Shown in pieces: positions 59,104 through 64,000 of a stretch of DNA of 64,000 nucleotides; within the stretch, counting starts at the first letter, position 1; each line of letters begins with the position of its first letter. The position numbers were made by a program, and so were the translations under genes. The notes beneath the pieces are model-generated. The model had not been told where the DNA came from. It was given only the letters and a program-made list of their open reading frames with translations, and did not search any database. The stretch comes from Antechinus flavipes (lineage: Eukaryota): assembly GCF_016432865.1 (NCBI RefSeq), contig NC_067402.1:104470001-104534000 (forward strand), written 5' to 3'.

Positions 59104-60499
59104 TACCTGTTATATAGCCCAAAGTAGTCTCTTCTTAATCTAAGTAGGCATCAGAACCAAAAAACCACACAAATCTTTCTCTGTGACTCTTTGAACTTCT
59201 ACAACAATGCCTTGGCACATATGGAATGCCCAAGAAATTCAAAATTGAGTCTTAGGAAAAAAAGATTTCACGTTGTATGTATAATTATTTTTGAGAGCAA
59301 TCTTGATTCTAAAGTAAGTCATTTAACCTCTCCAAACTCAGTTTTCTCATCTTACAGATGAGGGAGATTTGGACTAGGTGACGTCGTAGGTCATTCTTAT
59401 GCTAAGTGTAACTAAAATATACACATGGATTTGGGAGTTATGACTTATGACTTTGAAAAGTCTGGATTTCTGCTGATGTTTGCTAACTTTGCCAAAATAT
59501 TGATGAAAATATCCATTTTATAGTATATTACAAACAACTGAAAACTAAATGGCAACAGGAAAAAAAGAAAGCACACTAGCTTTGAAGGTAAATGAACTAA
59601 ATAGCATCCCAATTCTGTTGCTTAATTCTGAACCTCTCTAGGAATTATTTTCCTAATCTATAAAATGAAGATATTAGAAGGTTAAATCTAAGATCTTATC
59701 ACTTAATATAATGTCTTTAAGTTGAGTTTTCAGTTTATTAGTCATTATTGCTTATCAGTGAGAGAAGCAGTGAAATATGATAAGGACAACAGCTTTTGAA
59801 AAACCAGGAGCCTAACTTACTGGATATAAAAATTTTGTTTAAGTCTTATTTTTCTGACCTTCAAGCTTCAAATTTTTAAGATAATAATACCTGTAATGGC
59901 TACAGAGCTGTGACTTAGGCTCATAAGAGAAAAAGGATTTTAAAAGGATGTATACACTAAAATGTTACATAGACATATAATATAATTTTGCCTTGCTTTA
60001 GAAGTAGGTCATAAAAAATAAATTTTAAAATGTAAGATTCTTCTCAAGATTTCTTGAAATTAAAAACAAAGCTTTTTTTTTAGATATTAGGAATCTTTCC
60101 TATTTAATGTTCTAGAATGTGAGACAGTTTATATATCTAATTTTTTTCCTTTCCAAGTTTTGTGTCAGGAAGCAAAAACTATATTTCATTTTTCTCAGAA
60201 GAAAAGTAAGCATAGGACTTTGCTGTGTTTCCAACTGTTACGAATTTAATGTTTTCCATGGGCAGATTATTGCAATATTTACCTAATTATAAAAACATTA
60301 AGTTTTTGTTGTTGTTATTGCCTCTAAAAATCCTAAGCAGGGTTAAACTAAAGATTTATGCTTAACAATAAGTCTATAAGAGCTGAATGAAATGCCAAAT
60401 GGATTGCAATTTAAAAGATGTTTTCATTTTAAAATAAAAGGTTTGAAATAGGCAGCTTCTCAATGTATAACTTCTCTGTACCTTTGGCATTTTTTGTTG

Positions 60500-63400
60500 T
60501 TTTAACCCAAAGTAACGTTAAAAGTAAATTAAATTTATAAGAACAAATTTGAAAAAATAATTAAAATTAAAAAGTAAAACTGTTGACAAAATTCAATATC
60601 CATCTTACTCTATCCAAACTTTTAAAAAATTTTTCATTAGCTGCTTACTCAATGCATGTGTAATCCTAGACTTCACATTAAAATCTCATTCTCTAGATAA
60701 TATCTCACAAGAAATAATCTATGGAGATAGAGAAGGTGGCCAAGTAAGGCAGAACTCCTGTATTAATCCACTGGTCTGACACAGCATCATCCAGAAACTG
60801 TTGTGCACATAATGCTTAATAATTAGGGTGCCGCACAGTTTAAAAATTAAAATTCACACAACCAATTAAATGTAAAAGAAATCCAAACAAACATTCAAAT
60901 GATGATTTATGCAAGTCTAGTATTTATGCTTCTGAAAATATTAAAAGCTTAAAACTAAATGAAGACTTTTTTTGCTCATCCTATAATGTATACGGTTGCT
61001 AAACCTTAATTAAAGCTCTGTACACATTTATTTAGTAAAATGGTCTATATTTTAATGTAACTGAAAATTCTGCTTAGTTGTTTCAATCTTCATAATTAAA
61101 GATGATCTAATTCCTATTATTTATCTATTGAAAGTCAGGAGGATTCTCCTAAGATGGCACGTTGTACCAACTTTGCCCAAATAAGTATATTTTGAAGTTC
61201 TTTTGAGCTGAAATATTCACATTATGAACATTCATTCAAGTTTATTTTATTAAAATCAAAGCACCACAGTCTGCCAAAAACAAAACATTCCATACATAAC
61301 AGTAACAAAGACTACTGTATCAGATGTCCTTCACAATAAAGTGATTCTTCAATGAAGAAAAATCTGTAATCTGATTGGCTAGCATTACTCAGGAAAAAGA
61401 TCCACCAGTATGTGAATTATGGCCCATTTATTTCACACCCAGTTTTATAAAGATGAAAGCTAGGTGCAATCAGCTTGTAAAAAGACATTAAATATAAATT
61501 TACACAATGTTATAAAAATGTTTAAAAAATATTTACATGGTTATTTTAAAGGGATTAAATTTTAAGCAGGAATTGGGTGGTTGAACTCATGGTGATGCTT
61601 GTAATTTAAATAGCCAATCAGATCACTTTCTCTCGTTTTTAATGAATGCAGGACATATCCCTCCCACCCCACCCCCCAAAAAAAGAAAAGAAGAAGAAAG
61701 AAACGAATAAATCTTCAATTTCAACCTATAAACCTTTTGATCACATGCAGCAACTTATTTTTCTGAATTTCTAATTTGTGGAGTAGGCCCTAGAAAAAAG
61801 GAAGACCCTTCCTCTACTTCCCCATTGTACTAACTTTATTTTGGGATTTTAACTTGAAAGTTCAAGTTATTGGATAAAAACCAGACACTGAAATGCAAAA
61901 TTCAGTATCAGAGTAATTAATACTCACCCTTTTGACTGTGGGGACAACCTCATACTCTGTTTTCAAAGTATTCATAGGTTACACTATTTCTCTTTTGTTA
62001 TACAACCAGCAGTCTTTAGGTTAGAACAGGGTACCATTAGTAGAGCAAAAAGAAAAAAAAAACTATTAGGTTTGTTTCTTGACATTTACTTAGTTTAGTG
62101 CTGTATAAACTAGCATCCCTTGCTCCTGTCATAAATGATTTAAAGAATGGTCTAATTCCAAGTTAAATAAAGGGAAAAAATAGCATATCATTCAATTTTT
62201 AAGAATTATTTCATTACCAAATACTGATATCAAGTAATTTAAATTCAATAATAAGTTACTATAATTTAAAGTTCTGCTGCATTAATAAAATTCTGAAAAG
62301 AAATAGCTTTGTGAATACTAGGCCAAGTGGCCTTATCAGTAAGTCACTGCTTGTATACCTGGCTTCCCCTGCTACATAGTTGTACAATGCTTGGGGGTCC
62401 ATAATTGTTTATGAGGTTGGGCCAAATTATTTTTACTGTATTCCAGAACTATGATACTAGGGCTAAAGTAGAATAGGATTTATAAATAGGGCTACTGTAC
62501 TTCTGAGATTTGCATCTCTGACTCCTGCAACCAAATCCCAAAAGAAACCTCCATGGATTTCCAAGAAAGGAATAGAAGCTGGAGTTCACAAGTTTAGGTC
62601 AGGGAAGCCTGAGTCACAATGAACATTTTTTTACAGCCCTTTCTTCATCCTAGGGATGTGTCAAGACTAGGGTCCTCTTAATGTCCTCTGCCAAAAGGGT
62701 ACAGAACATTATGACTAGGATACAGCCAGGCACCAAGGGGACTAGTTAATAAGGTAGCAGGCAATACGAGGTAATTTAAGGACTGTATCACTATAACTTT
62801 GTAACCTGAGTCCCAAGCACATAGTAGTAGGAGTTTATATGCTTAATTGAAATTAAGATATATAGGACATTCAGAAATGCTACAGATAATCATAGAGATG
62901 ATCTCACACAACGTAATACTGAAACAATCAATGTTCCAGGTGGCCTTATAAGAGATACTCAGAGGCAGTGTGGGGATAGTACAAATACTGGATCAGAAGA
63001 TCCAGACAGAAGTTGTAGCTCAGATACTTATTAGTCTTGGACAAATTAACTTCTTTCAGCTTCAGTTTTATCATATGTAAAATTGGAGCAGTAACACTTC
63101 CGACTACCTACTATTGTGAGGAAAGCACTTTAACCATAAGAACACGAGCTCTCTCACTTTCTTTTTCTCTCTCTCTCTCAAATGCTTAAATACATAGCAG
63201 AGGTAAAGCAGGTAACCTGACAGTTTGCACTGAAAAACAAAAAACAAAATGGTATGGCACTGAATACCACAATAAGAGGTATGTATGTACACGCTTGCAG
63301 GATTTCTGGCTCAGTTTTATTTGGAAAATTACATTCTCCCCCTGCTGAAGCTTCACATCCCCTTTGGTTGCCCTCCTTACAACAATCTAGTTAATGTTGC

Positions 63401-64000
63401 TCTATTCCAACCCAAGGGATGAGTAGGGAAAGTCTAAGGGGTAAAAAAAAAATTGTGACAAAAATATAGCCCAACAAGACAAAACACTTATGAACAGCTC
63501 AAAAGCTTTTGTGCTAATAATGCCATTGCATACCTAGACTGAAACTGGTGAAAAATGTTAACTATAAATAATAGTTTTTCTTAATTTGTCCACAATTATA
63601 CTCAAAATTATAACAGACACCTCATTTAATAGTTACTTTTAAAAATCTCATGATCCAGGTTTAAGACTGCTAAAAGATGCTACATAAACCAACATGGAAA
63701 GCAGTATTAATATTTTAGGAGCAAGAACTTTCTCTGTACAGGAAATGGGAACAAACCTATTGCTTATGGTTAATTTACTCTTTGAGTGTCATCTTCAGCC
63801 GTACTTTATGACCCAACTAATTTAACTTCAAAATATCATCAAATGGGATATTTTTGAAGTGCCCTAGCCAGGTTCTTTTCCTTACAGGTGGTCACTTGTG
63901 TTGTTTTATTACCACCTCAATGAAAAAAAAGTTCAACAAAGTTCTGTCAGTGTAAAACAAACATTTCATCAAATATATTAGAAAATTATAGCTAGGCTAT
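60500..64000 (-). other. Probable 3' UTR of a convergent minus-strand gene (TRIM24 expected from synteny)
   Basis: Mostly repeat-poor, U-rich sequence on the minus strand, with a poly(A)-site-like stretch tttgattttAATAAAATAAActtg at about 61238-61262. TRIM24 lies tail-to-tail with SVOPL in human. No coding exon is seen here. Confidence 0.4.
62960..63140 (+). mobile_element. MIR
   Basis: gaggcagtgtggggatagt...cttcagttttatcatatgtaaaattggagcagtaacac. Confidence 0.75.

Noticed and set aside
1-64000. CRISPR arrays, tRNA/rRNA genes, prokaryotic operons, endogenous viral ORFs or processed pseudogenes
   Set aside because: None were recognised by eye. A tBLASTn or HMM search would be needed to exclude highly decayed viral or pseudogene fragments.

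Overview
This window is AT-rich, repeat-dense mammalian genomic DNA. The L1 3' ends, CORE-type SINEs (MAR1/WSINE-like) and an RTE remnant point to a marsupial, probably a dasyurid; that assignment is an inference from repeat recognition. One gene dominates: the 3' three-quarters of SVOPL (SVOP-like, MFS/SLC22-related transporter) on the + strand. It has 12 coding exons from 713 to 58911, all with GT-AG boundaries and compatible phases, totalling 1203 nt (400 aa plus stop). The 5' exons lie upstream of the window. Introns are filled with L1, L2, CR1/L3, RTE, MIR/CORE-SINE, hAT-type and possible LTR remnants, plus a 135-N assembly gap. The last ~4 kb looks like the 3' UTR of a convergent minus-strand gene, expected to be TRIM24 from mammalian synteny, but no coding exon of it is visible. 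Almost all ORFs in the supplied track are spurious or repeat-derived. I found no convincing novel multi-gene system. The best leads are small: a possible poison micro-exon, a CAGCAG tandem acceptor on the last exon, a near-identical templated copy of an ancient SINE, a tandem duplication whose CpGs decayed in one copy only, an intronic CpG cluster and an inverted L1 pair next to an exon. Repeat boundaries and family names were assigned by eye and are approximate.
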